A DNA stretch of 64,000 bases, from the NCBI GenBank assembly GCA_002633005.1, contig NMRA01000503.1, forward strand, positions 255,969-319,968, written 5' to 3'. The position numbers and the translations under genes are program-made. Under the pieces are notes generated by a model. That model did no database searches and was not told where the DNA came from. It worked only from the letters and a program-made list of their open reading frames with translations. Shown here piece by piece: positions 43,573 to 56,600 of the stretch; positions within the stretch are counted from its first letter, which is position 1, and every line of letters starts with the position of its first letter. This DNA is from Phoronis australis (Eukaryota > Animalia > Phoronida).

Positions 43573-44339
43573 ATTAGGCATTGTTTTTCCTCAATCGAAG
43601 TGAACGCAGAACCGGCCTTTTGTTGGACTGTTCACGTCACGTTCTATTGTTCATTGGGTAGAAAATGCAGTCCAGAGCAACAATAATTAAACCCAAAAAC
43701 GTATCCCCAATATAACCAATGATTTGCATTTTTACTAAACGTAGAAACGAACATGCTTGTTTTCCACTTTATAGGTAATCTAACACTGCGCACATGGAAA
43801 GATGACCTTTACTAAAAATATAATAAACGAGGCTTAGGTGAATGAAAACAAAACTATTACTTGGGTGCAACCTCAGCTTAACATTTGAATTATTGACAAC
43901 ATAACTTCGATAAAATGGAAACTGTATTCTTTTTTGAATAAAAAGAACAACCAAGAAAAAATATATATAGCACCAAGAAGTAAAACTAATGTAGATGTCA
44001 GGCGCGTTAGTGAGAAGATTGATTCGCTCATGGTAACTGTCAAATTGTAGGTCTACATTTCAACCAGTTTTCTACAAAATCTTCAATGTTTCAAAATGAT
44101 AAGTGGCCATAAATATTGGCAGCCGGTGATTTACGATAAAATTATTCTATTTATGACACGCGAGTGACTTGGTCGGAATCTTGTCTTGGTCCTCAAACTA
44201 ACGGAAATTGATTTCGACAAGAAATTTATGGACAATGTTGTGTTACTTGCTCAAACAACACAAACTCGTGTACGTGTCATCGTGATGCAGAAGACACAGG
44301 AAACATGAAAAGTCGTTTTGCTCGTGCCTTCGCATAACG

Positions 44340-44641
44340 TCACGCAAACACCTCTTCCTCTCGCGTGTATGCGAACATTTCCATTTCATATGCGATAGGC
44401 TTATAGTCTTTCTTTAACGATTTGCAGAGAACAGTGAACGCCTTATCGCTGCGAACTTTCAAAACGTCGATCAATTTTTCCATTTTGCCCCGTGTAGTTT
44501 CCTGACGAAGTATTGTCAATTCCAATTCTGGTGAGATCACGTGGTCTCTTTGCATCAAGGGGAGGATTCTGGAGACGTCCACGATGCAAACGAGCTCTTC
44601 CCGGAATTCTTCCAAAACCCACTGCAGATGCGGATGCATGA
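44340..44641 (-). CDS. CARD (death-fold) domain exon, probable terminal exon of the ankyrin gene
   Basis: 99-aa ORF (LEEFREELVCIVDVSRILPLMQRDHVISPELELTILRQETTRGKMEKLIDVLKVRSDKAFTVLCKSLKKDYKPIA) has the helical CARD pattern (R-x-x-L...V-I-S...I...T-R...K-L-I-D-x-L...AF-x-x-L-x-x-x-L). Acceptor aaattttccag|TC ATG is phase 1, matching the phase-1 donor of the ANK exon. Confidence 0.75.
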
Positions 44642-45092
44642 CTGGAAAATTTTACAACATACATATTCCATAGTTTTCAAGCATGTATATGACCTTTATC
44701 AAATTCTTAAAGCGACTAAAAATGCACCTTCCGTCAAAGAGCCAACTGTTGACCACTTGCAGTTATAAAATCTGTCTCATAACTTTTTCCATACACAGAC
44801 TAAAAGTGATTTCTGGTCTTGGAAAGAACCGACAGTTCGTTATAGGAATGTTTAGCATGACGTCACGCTAAACATTCCTAACGTTTTGAACCCAGTGCGA
44901 CGGCATGTCTGTTCTTATTTCCGGGTCCAAATTGCGTCATCTACTGCCATGACAAGACCAAGCTCAACAAGTCCGCTTGTCACTGCGGGTTACTTCGTGG
45001 GTCGAGCAGAGTCTCTAGGAATAACGAACAGTCAGTTCTTTCCAACCTCAAGAACTCACTTGTCTTCTGAGTAAGGAACAAGATGAGACCAG

Positions 45093-45244
45093 GCGTGCGT
45101 TCAGTAAACGCTAGGACCTACGCTAGGACCTAGCTAAAACCTAGTCAAAGTCACGTGTTCTCATTTAAAATACACGGCAATATCTCACGTAATCTCGCGA
45201 AGTCTTGCTTTTTAGCAAGGTCCTAGCGCTACTGAACGGGAGGC
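45093..45244. mobile_element. Small MITE in the ANK-CARD intron
   Basis: cag|gcgtgcgttcagtaaacgctaggacct ... aggtcctagcgctactgaacgggagg|cag: imperfect TIRs with CAG flanks. Confidence 0.6.
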
Positions 45245-47860
45245 AGTTTTATAGCGGTTAGTGGACTAAATGAAAAATACGTTTATAGCCGCTTTAATCT
45301 GAAATAGAATTATCTGGATGTTTTTAACGAAATCGGAAACTTCACTTCAAAATTATCCAGATAATTCCACTTTAAACAACCAGGCGAGATGTTTTTGTTA
45401 GTGAACCAGAGAAAAGTAGTATGCCACAAATCTTCTATAATTTTACTATACCATCAGTGTCAAGTCTCATGTTTTTGTTTGCTCTTTAAACGAGTAGTGA
45501 CTTGTCCAATTTCTTTGGCAGTTTATAGTATCTGTCTTAAACCGCACTTTTACAGCATTCAAAACAGTAGTCTCACCAGACAAACTCGAGTTCTAAGCAG
45601 TTGGCTGAAGATTCTTCTATGTACATAACGAATACCCGTGTGTTTGTAGGGATTCTCCCGGAAGTCTAATTGCATTGATTAATTAGTCAGGTTACCAATT
45701 TCCACAGGGATTATCGGGGCTTCTAGACATCACCGCAAAGCCTAAGATAAATCTGACATTGTCCAGCAAATCTAACATCAGACAAAAATCCATTGGGCAA
45801 CCAATTTTTATAGTTCCACAAAGGCAATGCTATATAACAGCAGCGGTCAAATTCAATATTCGGCTACCCTCGTGGTCAGTGGTTAAATACATCTGGAGTG
45901 TAAATCAATCCCCGCTAGAGAATCAATAGAAGGATCGCTGACTACAAATCAGAGCTTATAAATCCTCAACGTGGATATGACCATGAAGAAGTTTGATTAC
46001 TAATCTTCTTCTTCTGTGATCTTGCGTAACTAAAATACCATTGATAACCTCGTGCACTGCAATATCTCGCAATGCTTTGCGTAATCTCGCTTTCAAAATA
46101 GACATTTCTGCCTAATTTTCTCGTTACTTGTTCAAACAACACAAGATACAGAGCGTAGCGCTGATTCTTAATTTCATATGAAAAAGGCAAGTAAAACGCG
46201 TAAAAGGTGTTTTTATACCAATTTGAAGAGGATGACAGTGCGAAATTGCATTCTAAACGAGGCGTGGGTGGAAAGGTCTGATCATTATTAATTTTTGTTC
46301 TCAGAAAATCCCCTTCCTTATTTCTCACCAGCACAGGTTAATAGAATCAGTACGGTTGGTCTACAAATTTCATCCTTTTTACATCTTGTAACAAACGTTC
46401 AATTTAGTGTTTCGCTCCTACGCTCAGTGAACCCTTCGTCGATATTATCGGGATGCTTGATTTGATTAGATAGCCAATGTAACATCTGCTGTGCGTGTTT
46501 ACATATATAAGTGCAAGGCATCTTCACTTCGTTACCATCCAAGCTGACGGTGTTATGACTATGCTGTTGAATTAGGCGATATCTAATCCTTTTCAACCGC
46601 ACAAGCTGTTCTCATTTTTAGAATTAGTTAATGAAACTTGTCGAGAGCATAGGTTTGGGGACACGCATGAAAGTGGCATACTGGGATTGGGACCATTGTT
46701 AGAACACATGTTGCGAAGGTGAACAGGTGCTTTTTAAGTCTGCTCATACCCTAGCAATACCATAATTACATGTTTCACTTATAAAATTTGAGCGTCTCAG
46801 AGAAATGTATCGTGTGATGTTAATCACATTGTGCTCACTCACACAGTGTCTTCACGTTCAGTGAGCTTTCATGTTGTTACTTTCATTTTCATAAGTTATT
46901 TTACCCCCCAGCAGTAAACACAATGCCCGTTAAGGTGAGTCTTTTTGTGGAATTTTCAGCTCTGGAATCTTCTCCGCAAAATTTTTATAGGAATAAACAA
47001 ACTTAATAATTTGGCCGATTTTGCGTTCATGAGATAAACATCCACGACTCCAAACAAATTCCGTGAAAAAGAAACACATCACTGAAAAAAAAACTACTAA
47101 ATTGTTAGCTTTGTTAACTGTAACAAAACATTTGTGAGGAAAACTGTGGAAATTTCCGATCGCATGAACGGGCCTAATCACTGTCATATTCATAGAATGA
47201 ACAACAAAATAAGCTGATTGTTCTGGTAAAATTATGCAGGCATTTCTACAGTTTCTCTTTTTCCGTGGGGTCTCTGTTGAATTAAAATCTTTTTTGTCAC
47301 TTTCCAAGAGTATGATGATAGATAATCACGTGACTCCATAGTTCTAGTCTAAGGCGACGGGTACAATAAAACGAGACATGGAGGGTAGTACGAAACCGGG
47401 CATCTTGTGTCAAAAAGCTCATTATATAATTGGACCATTTCCCTATTCACCAGATCTCAAATTTTCCTTTTCTCAATTGAGAAGTGATTTTTGGGCTTAA
47501 GAAGAATTGACATCTCGTTGTTTCTCGAAATCATGCTTAGCATGAGCTCAACCAATCATGAACAAACAGCTTTCCCCAAGCCCAGAAATAACATTACTTC
47601 TAACCCGAACATCGAACATTAGTTGTGATATTTTTTATAACCGTAAGCGGTTTACATCAAGTCATTTTTTGATTGAAGGCGGGTTTATACCAAGTTTAAA
47701 ATGAATTATTGAAACGTGAACTGGGATTATGCATCAAGAATTCACTTAAACCCATTGAACAACAAGATGTGCAAAATAAGAGTTTTCACACATAATTTTG
47801 TAACGAATGTAAAGAATTCTAAACAAAAATACATAACTAAAAAAGGATGAGAAATCTTAC

Positions 47861-50800
47861 TTGAATAGTGACGAAGCAATTTCTTCAGCATTGGATTGTT
47901 CGGCGCAACCATATGAACAGTTTCCCGTCCCTGATAGTCGTGCAATATGGGATCAGCCCCTCGGTCCAACAGACATTTAGCGGCGACAACATTCCCTCTA
48001 TCGCAGACCTTCATTAGAGCTGTCTCGCCAAGATCGTCACGCGCGTTCACGTCTGCACCACGGTATACCAGCGTTCCGATGCACGTGATGCTGGGACTCT
48101 CAACGTCACAGCAATGATGAAGCGCCGTCCGGAATTTAGCATCGGTGCCATAAATAAGGGCGCCCTCCTTCAGAAGACGTGACACGAGCATGGTTTTACG
48201 TTTTGCCGCCGCCAACATCAGCGGTGTTATTCCATTGGCATCGGGAAGGTCAATATTGCAACCGTTCTTGATAAGAACTTTAAGCATCACTTGATCACCG
48301 CCTAAAGCGCAAAAGTGCGCGATATTACGATTTTCGTTGTCAACGCTATTAACAAACTTTGCCCCACCACCTAAATTCAGTATGTAATCGACTACTAGCG
48401 CGTTTCCTTTCTCCGCAGCTACCATGGCAATGGTGCGACCGCGATCGTCAGCTTCCGGCTTCGCACCGTGTTCCACAAGATGGCGAATGCTGTCAAAATT
48501 TCCGGACTCCGTGGCATGGAACAGGGCGTTCTTTTGGTGTTTGCCCTGAGGGTGAACGTCCACCTTGACTACTGATAACAAATACATCACCATTATGGAA
48601 TCTGACCGCTGGCAGGCCTTCATGAGCGACGTGAGTCCCTCAGAGTCCATATCGGCCACAGGTTTGTAGAAGTGTTTCAACGCAGCCACGCTTCTTACAT
48701 CGCCATCCAGAACACTCTGTTGGAATATAGCTGTGCCGTAATTATAGTCCCATGATATCTCCGCCAACTCACTCGGTTTGCCACATGTTACAAACAATTT
48801 CAACAAGTCGAGCCTGTCCGACCGAATACTCTCTTGTACAACGTTCCTCCCGTTGGCATCGACGGTAATGGCAACACCTGCCTCCAATAACCGTTTGATG
48901 ACGTCTGCCTTGCCGGACCGTTGAGCATAAAACAACACATTCTCTCCGTCTCGGTCTCCAGCATGAATGTCGATATTCAATTGGCTGCTATATGAAACAA
49001 GATATTCGACAATATTGTAGTGACCGAGGAATGCTGCTTGCATTAGAACAGTTTTTCCCATTAAATCCGTAACAGCGGTAACGCCATGCTTAATTAACAA
49101 TTGCAGCGTCTCTATGTTGCCGTTCTCTACCGTGTAAAACAGTGCATTGTGCCCTTGGTTGTCTCGTGCATTAATATCTATCCCCAAAACCACGTCGTTC
49201 TTCACCAAGTAACCACACATGTTGACGTGACCTCCGTACGCTGCCTGCATTAGCACGGTACGCCCGCGCCCATCAGTTTGCACATCCGTCCCCAGATGGC
49301 GACAACGTTCGAACAGGTCCAAGTTGCCGCTGGAAGCTGCGTAAAACAACAAATTATTACCATCCTTGTCAACGTCTTTTGGATTAATCTGCAGGCGTTG
49401 CGCATTTTCCACGAGGTAGTTGACGAAATTGGTTTTATTCTGGCCCGCGGCTTCCATGAGGAGGGTTTCGCCGTTTAGCGCAGGTTCGATGCGTGCCCCG
49501 CGCTTTACAAGAAATTCCAGAATTTCTAGTTTGCCCGAGTGAATGGAGTGGAAAGCAGCATTCCAACCTTCACTGTCTTTATCCTGAACGTCAAGGCCAA
49601 GAGAATAGTAGTTGTCCAACAAGAAGCGAACGAGTTCCACGTGCCCACAGGCGGCAGCTTGCATTAGCACCGTGCGACCATCACCGGAAGTCGCTACTTT
49701 AGCACCATTTCTCAGTAACGTTTGACAAAGGGACGAGTGGCCACCAGCAACAGCGTAGAAAACACAGTTCCACCCGTCCTTATCTTGGTGGTGGATGTCT
49801 AGTCTCAGTTGCTTTGCGTGCTTTATTAAATAAATGGCTATTTCTGACTTGCCTTTCCCAGCAGCTTGCATTAAAATAGACACGCTGTCACTGCTGTTTT
49901 CCGCACGAACGCCTTCATGTAGCAAATATTCCAGTATTTTCAACTGACCGCCAGTAATGCAATAGAACAAACAATTTCGACCCCTGTTGTCTTTTTCGTT
50001 GATGTTTATTCCATATACAGACGATTTCCGAATCAAAAATTCCACAACTGAAAAATGACCCTTTAAACATGCAAGCATCATCAAAGTGCGACCGTCTTGC
50101 GATGACGTAACATGCACCCCACCACGAAAAAGACAGTCAAAAACTTGATCAAAATTTTCCTTGCCGCTCTCACAACAATAAAATAAAACATTTCTCCCGT
50201 TTTTATCAGTTGCATTCAACTCAACATTAGACGTACTATCCCCAATTATCAGGTACTTAATTATGTCAATATTGCAATTAAGAGAAGCTTCCATTAAAGC
50301 CGTCATTCCTTGAGAGTCGGTTGTCATTTCGACATGACCCAGAAAAAACTTGAGCAGCTCCAGTTTCCCCCCAGCAATACAGTAAAACAAAACATTTCGC
50401 CCTCGCTTATCTCTCTTTTTGACGTCAGCTCCGTTATTAACCAAAAACTTGGCAATGTCCAGATTACCCACATAGGCAGTGATCATGAGACACGTTACTC
50501 CTTTACTATTAGCGGCGTCAATATCAGCACCATTTTGCACTAAATACGAAACCAAAGTGAGCTGGCCATCGTAACAAGCCTCGAACAGCGGAGTATCACC
50601 CAGCGAGCTTGGTTCGTTCACAGAGACGCCTGCTTCAACCAACATTTTCGCCATATTCACCTTCCCAAGAATACAAGTTAATAACAACGGCGATACGTTA
50701 CTGTAATCCGGAGGCGAGCTACAGGTGTCCCTCACCGAACACGCGTCGTTTATCCCCTCGCCATGTTTGAGAAGAGTGTCCACGATCTCCTCGTTGTCTC

Positions 50801-51022
50801 TAATGATCGCTAGAATCAACAATGTGGCATTGTATACGTCGATGTCAGTACGTAAAAGCGATGAGCGTTTAACACGTTCAGGGCTTCCGCAACGGAAACT
50901 CCGTACAAGTTCAAGATCATGACCCGTCCAAAGTTCGCCGCTTCCGTCACATGAGTCTAAACACTGCCGCACGGAGGTCGCATTGTTCCCTTTTATAGCT
51001 TGAATGAGTTGAAAGGTCATAC
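47861..51022 (-). CDS. Large ankyrin-repeat exon (about 28-29 ANK repeats, about 1053 aa) of a predicted ANK-CARD protein
   Basis: ORF 47742-51020 with repeated G-x-T/N-x-L-x-x-A-x-x-x-G...L-L-x-x-G-A units. Acceptor ttaccacag|GT ATG at 51022; donor TCA A|gtaaga at 47861/47860. The ORF residues beyond the donor are probably intronic read-through. Confidence 0.9.
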
Positions 51023-53542
51023 CTGTGGTAAATAGGTCATATATAAATTTCCACGCGCTGACAGGAAATCAACGTCGACAAAAAGCGGGTAATAAACACT
51101 CAATGACGAATGCTACACCCTAATGCTCACCGTTTTTTTCCAAGTTGTCCAATGACGTAAGCTGTAGGCCAACTCACCATAACAAAAATTGTGAGTAGAC
51201 TGTTAAAATTCTGACCAAACATTTTAGTCAGATAACGAAGGAGGATATTATCTCACCTTATCATAAAGCCTAACGGTACTCGCTCATGTTACGAATGTGT
51301 AATTCTATAATTATTCTTTTGTAGAATTTTCTCCTGGACTTGACCAGCTACAATTATTGATTTAAAAGTTCTTGGCGTTTTTCTAGTATTAATGTAGATC
51401 AAACAGCCACAGTTTATATAGTACATTTTATACCCGGCGATATCATCTAGCTAATTTGATCGCTAGAGGATTATTATGACTAATAACTGTACTGAATCAC
51501 GCCGTCCCTTCCCTGCATCTCTACATTGGTGATCGCAGCTAAGCATATTATTGATGACTTTCAACAGCAGGCCTATGTACAGTAAAGCGCGGACAGCAAG
51601 GTGACTGCCGTGTTTTCGAATAATTCTCTGTCGTCACTTGTCGGTAAATACAATACAGTGAACGCCACTGGGACAGGGCCACTCAGTGTTGTCAGGACTC
51701 CACGATTAAACATTAGTGGTTGTCCGACCATCACGCAGCTAAGGACGTTGTACATACCTATAAATTTGGACTGCCAAAGCGTCATTGGGAATATATGTAT
51801 GTCGCATTTGTTAATGAAATCATATAGACCGTTATTACTTGCATTTTAAAGTAATATATATGTCTCTCAATAGACTATAACAAGTTGAAACGGAATTTCA
51901 AGTGAATCGTGAACCAGTTTTGGTTTGAGAATAAAATATAACGAAAGATGCAAACAAAAAAGTAATAAAACGCGAAAAAATCTTAATAATAACAAAATAA
52001 GATTTAAAGCAAAGAACTGTCAGTAAGACGTGTCTAGACCAATGATGATGTGTTCTCTCCTTGAATTGTGTTGCGTGCAATGAAAGCCCTGGCGCGCGCA
52101 TCTTGGATGTAATGAGAGGAGTACTCAACCACAGTTCTCGGAAGGAAACGTATTCGCTTTGCTCTTTAGATTAGGTATGTTTGACAGACAACGGCGAAAT
52201 TGGCAATTTGTAACAGAATTATTAAGAAGCAACAACAGATTTTAATAAGTCTGATTAAAGCTAACAACTCCAAGAAGTCAATCACATCCAACAATGCGTT
52301 GTTTTTCTGTCATAAAAAGTATAATATCCCTTAAGAACCAGACAATCCTTCAAAGTGCATGCCTACTCAATCACCTAGAAAATAGTTAGACACGTATCCT
52401 GCCGCTAATAGTATAACTAAACGATTGCGGTTCATAAGAGGTGATAAATAACAGCTTACCAACTAATCAGCGATGTGTTACAGCAGTTCACAAGCCGTTG
52501 TATGAGTGGAAGCGATTTTCATTAATAAACTCACATGTTCGTCAGAAGCGTTTAAACAAAACGCTTGCTTAGTTCAACGTTCTTGCAACTAATTAGTGCT
52601 TCCAAATTAGCGCTATCGACGACATTATTGAACATTTGTTGCCCGGAGATCTTGATATGCAGTAAACCGTTTAGCAATTGTTATACCTACCGAGACGCTA
52701 AATATTTCGTCACAGTATTGCGACACAACCGGCATGCGCATGATTAGTTCGACTCACAAGATATAAGCCGTCAACTCATGACCTAGTGGTGCCTAAACTT
52801 TATGACTCCAGCGTGAATATTGAATGAATAAAAATTACAAAGTAATGTTTGCTCAACGCGGTCTTATTAGTTGTAGACCATCTAGAATATGGGTACTTAG
52901 TATGATTTACTCGCTTGGCCTGTGACTTTTCTGTTTGCTGTCCTTAGCATCCGAAAAATTATTCAAACGATCATAGTACCTTACACAAATACCGTAGAAA
53001 CCTATCGTGTTTGCTTACAGGAATCCCACATTCTGCGGACTGTATAACAGACATCAAAATCTGGGTTTTCTACACTAAATGGCTGACATCCAAGAGATTC
53101 GGGACCCCTGTGACTATTGCCATTAAATAACATGAATATTTTTCACGGGATTTTCTTTTCTTGTGACTTATATTATCATAATGAATTCTTTAACAGGTCA
53201 TTTTTAGCTACGTGCCGGAACAAGACGTTTTTAAGATAAGCAAACTAATTATAGTTTAGAGGGATGAGTAATTATTTTGATTAGCGTGTAACGTGTTAAG
53301 CCTGTGCCTAACCTACCTGATGGTTTCCGACGGCCACGATGGCTGTGTAGGACGGCTCTTATTGTTGATCAAGTAAAAGAAATAGTACCTCCCGAGATGG
53401 CGACGTTAGAACTCAGTAGACGACCGCAGCTTCGATACAACATTTTTACTTTATCAGGCAAGATAAAATGGGTTTTTGCTTTAAATGGAATCACCCGACA
53501 GCTGATAATGCTTGATTGATGCACGGGTTGATGGAATATTAC

Positions 53543-53600
53543 CTTGCGTCGCCGTCACTTCAGGGGACCACTCTTATTTCCCTGTCGTCTGCCAGGTCGT
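53543..53600 (-). other. Possible 5'-UTR exon of the ANK-CARD gene
   Basis: Minus strand tttcgtgcag|ACGACC...ACGCAAG|gtaata; carries an in-frame TAA relative to the downstream ATG at 51020. No transcript evidence. Confidence 0.3.
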
Positions 53601-56600
53601 CTGCACGAAACTAGTTCACAAGACTATTACTCTTCACGAAGCATCTTCGTCGACTGTGATCATGCATCCGTAGTCATTTGATCGGAAATTGAAATCCAAC
53701 TGTAACAATCTATTAAGCAAAAACAATGTTTTATCAGCACACACAGCGGGTTTCTTATCATTTATTAAGTTAGAACGCATTGATTATGACGTGGTGTGTT
53801 TAGAACACGTGGGCGTCGTCATATAGTCAAGTACTACTTTAACGTTTTTACTCAGGAGATTTCGCGCCATTTTCAGTGTCCAAAACCTCATTATACGGAC
53901 ACAGTCCAGGCTGAAACAAATTTTGGGAAGTATGTTGGAAAGTATTAACTTCTTGAAGTCATTAGCTTTGACCAGAGCCCATAAAGCAGCAGAATCTCAT
54001 GTTTTTGAGATTCTTTCACTCAAAGTTGACTAAAACGAGGAGGCGACCTCATCAACCGTTTCATTTTCAGAAATGTCGGTTTGGTTTGCATTCCTCTGCC
54101 GCCTTTTCGAAATAGTTTGACATTCATGCCAACTTCTGATAGATTTTAAGCTTATTCCTTGAATTGTTTTTGAACATCTTACGAGGTTTCCAGTTTAAAT
54201 TAAATAAGGTTATATAGGACCTTAGCCAATCTCCAAATTTGGCTAACATCGGAACATCGTCAGAAATTGCTGACCAGACAGATTCATTGAGCTGTTCTCT
54301 TTTACGATGCCAGGAATTGTTTTTAAATTGCTTCCGGAGGAGAGTAGGACTTTTACGATTTTCATGAAAAATTTCAAAAAGTTGTATCAAGAAAAAACAA
54401 AATGATAATTTAGAAAATTGGAGCACCGTTTTGAGATTACATCTTGAACATTCATATAAACTGAAATTTGATCATGTCATACATACGAACACAAAATAAT
54501 ACGCACAAGCATCGAATCAGACGCACGAACAACATCGTTTGGTTGTTCGTGCAAATGGTTTGGATGCTCGAGCGTATGATTTGTGTTCGTATGTGTGGTT
54601 TTTGTGGTTCGTGCACATGATTTTTGTTCGTATGCGCTCTTCGCTTCAAGAGACGGTTAAGTCGTACCGCGTAACTCATGTATAACTACGAGGGCTAGCA
54701 GGCGGCAGCATTTTCTAGAAAATTAAACAATGCAACACCTCCAAATAGATCGTACTCGAAGTTATTTCCTTGTGGAATTCTGCGGATCAAGCAAGCGCCG
54801 CAAACCAGGGGCACGTAAAACTATTGAGCACCATCATAATATACCGGATCCGTCTGTGACTCATGCCGCACATCGGAACTTAAGGATGCTGGCACGGAAT
54901 AAAACCACACTGATGCAGAGTGCTAAAACGACTAATGGGGTTACTCTGACAGATAATGGAAATGATGTGAAGAGCGCCCTTGGCCTGCAAATAGGGAACG
55001 CACGCAAATGCACATCAATTCTAAATCTCCGACATCGATATGTTTAGATTCTATACTTTTCATTAGCTATTGTGGCCGTGAGGGGTTTTATTACTGACTT
55101 GATGAGAGAGGAATTTGCCACAGAAATAAATGGCCAATTAAGACGGATAATGGTACTGATTTACATACATCTTTGATGTAGTTTGCAACATTTTGTCTTC
55201 TTCGCGGTAATGACGATGTTTTCCGAGAAGTATGGTTTTGGAAGTCTTATAAACAAAGCAAGTATAAGGTGTCCCAAAAATGTACTTTCAATTATTACGA
55301 GGAAATGACAGAGTTAGGAACTTATAGTGATTTTCGTGTGTAATAAATAATCAAGGTTCTTTAAGTTTTTGAAGGCACGATTGGTTCTAATTGCAAACCA
55401 TTTTTCATACTCTGCACGACTGACTCTTACAGCCTTCGAATGCTCTACATAATGAACTGCTCTCCTTCACCTATTGCATTCTTTGTTCAAAGTAGGACAC
55501 AATTTCCACAGCAGAAATGATCAAAATTGATCATTTTTTTATTCTGTGCAAGTAGTGACTGTCGAGCAAACTACAGGAGAAAAGCCTTTCTCCTAATATA
55601 GCCATGTTCTGGTACTGAGATCCTAGAATTCAATATTTTTGCACACTGGGAGACCCAGGACTTGGATAGTCCAAAATTTACCATGCACGCACTTAGACCA
55701 AACGTTATTTTGACAGGTGCAACTTTCAAAACACTATAACCAATTAACACACATTAGCCGGAAAGTTATTGAGGATTGAAGATTTTACTTTCATCTTTAA
55801 ACTTAGTTCGGTTGTCTGACAATTTTAGTTCTCTTGTCGTAATCGTTGACAGAACTATTTGAAAGAATCCAAAATGTTCGTCAGCATTTCCCAATTATCA
55901 CTAAAACTTCGTTTTCTTATTTGCTTATCAAGACAGTACACTTGGGCTATTAAGTTTTCACATGTTTAATTACGGTCCTTTATTTTCGTAAGTATATTTT
56001 CACTATTCCTTCGACATTTATCGTTATTCAACATGTATCCGTTTTATTTCAGTTTGTAGCTAGCAAATTAAAAATCGATGACCATTAATATATGCACATG
56101 TAAATGTCAATTACCGATCGCGATCACAGCTTATGGAAGTAAGCTTCAAACATCCTGTAGCGAAAATGTGTTACAAACTAACTACCGGAACTCACGATTC
56201 ACTTTACATTTTCCCTAAAGAACTGGTCACGTACAGTGAACAGTCCTCAGCTGCAGTGATTTTGTGTCAATTCTAATATGAAATTCTAATTGAATTAGCT
56301 ACATGTAAACGAATATCGATTTACACAGACAATTAACACTTCAGAAATAAACCATATATTGATAGTACAATGGTCTTAGCGTGTTCTAACAACGACAAAA
56401 CGCGCCATATGCTGCCTGTAACTGTTTCAACTGATTTTTTTCATGATGCAAGCCAGAAAGAAAAATTGCGGACCACAGCCACGTCCCTTCATGATATTAG
56501 ATTAATATTTGCGATTTTTTCGAGAAAATATATCTCAATTCACGTGATCTGTTAACAAGGCGTTGTTTTCTAGATAAGAACGAAGTAAATACTTACACGA

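Noticed and set aside
45056-45085. Minus-strand acceptor plus 7-nt micro-exon (cag|AAGACAA|gtgagt) between the ANK and CARD exons
   Set aside because: Inclusion would frameshift the CARD, and it abuts a MITE. Cannot be supported without transcripts, though it could be a poison exon.
47742-47860. Hydrophobic C-terminal tail of the 1092-aa ORF (possible membrane anchor)
   Set aside because: Lies after a strong gtaaga donor in T-rich intron-like sequence; most likely read-through, although intron retention cannot be excluded.
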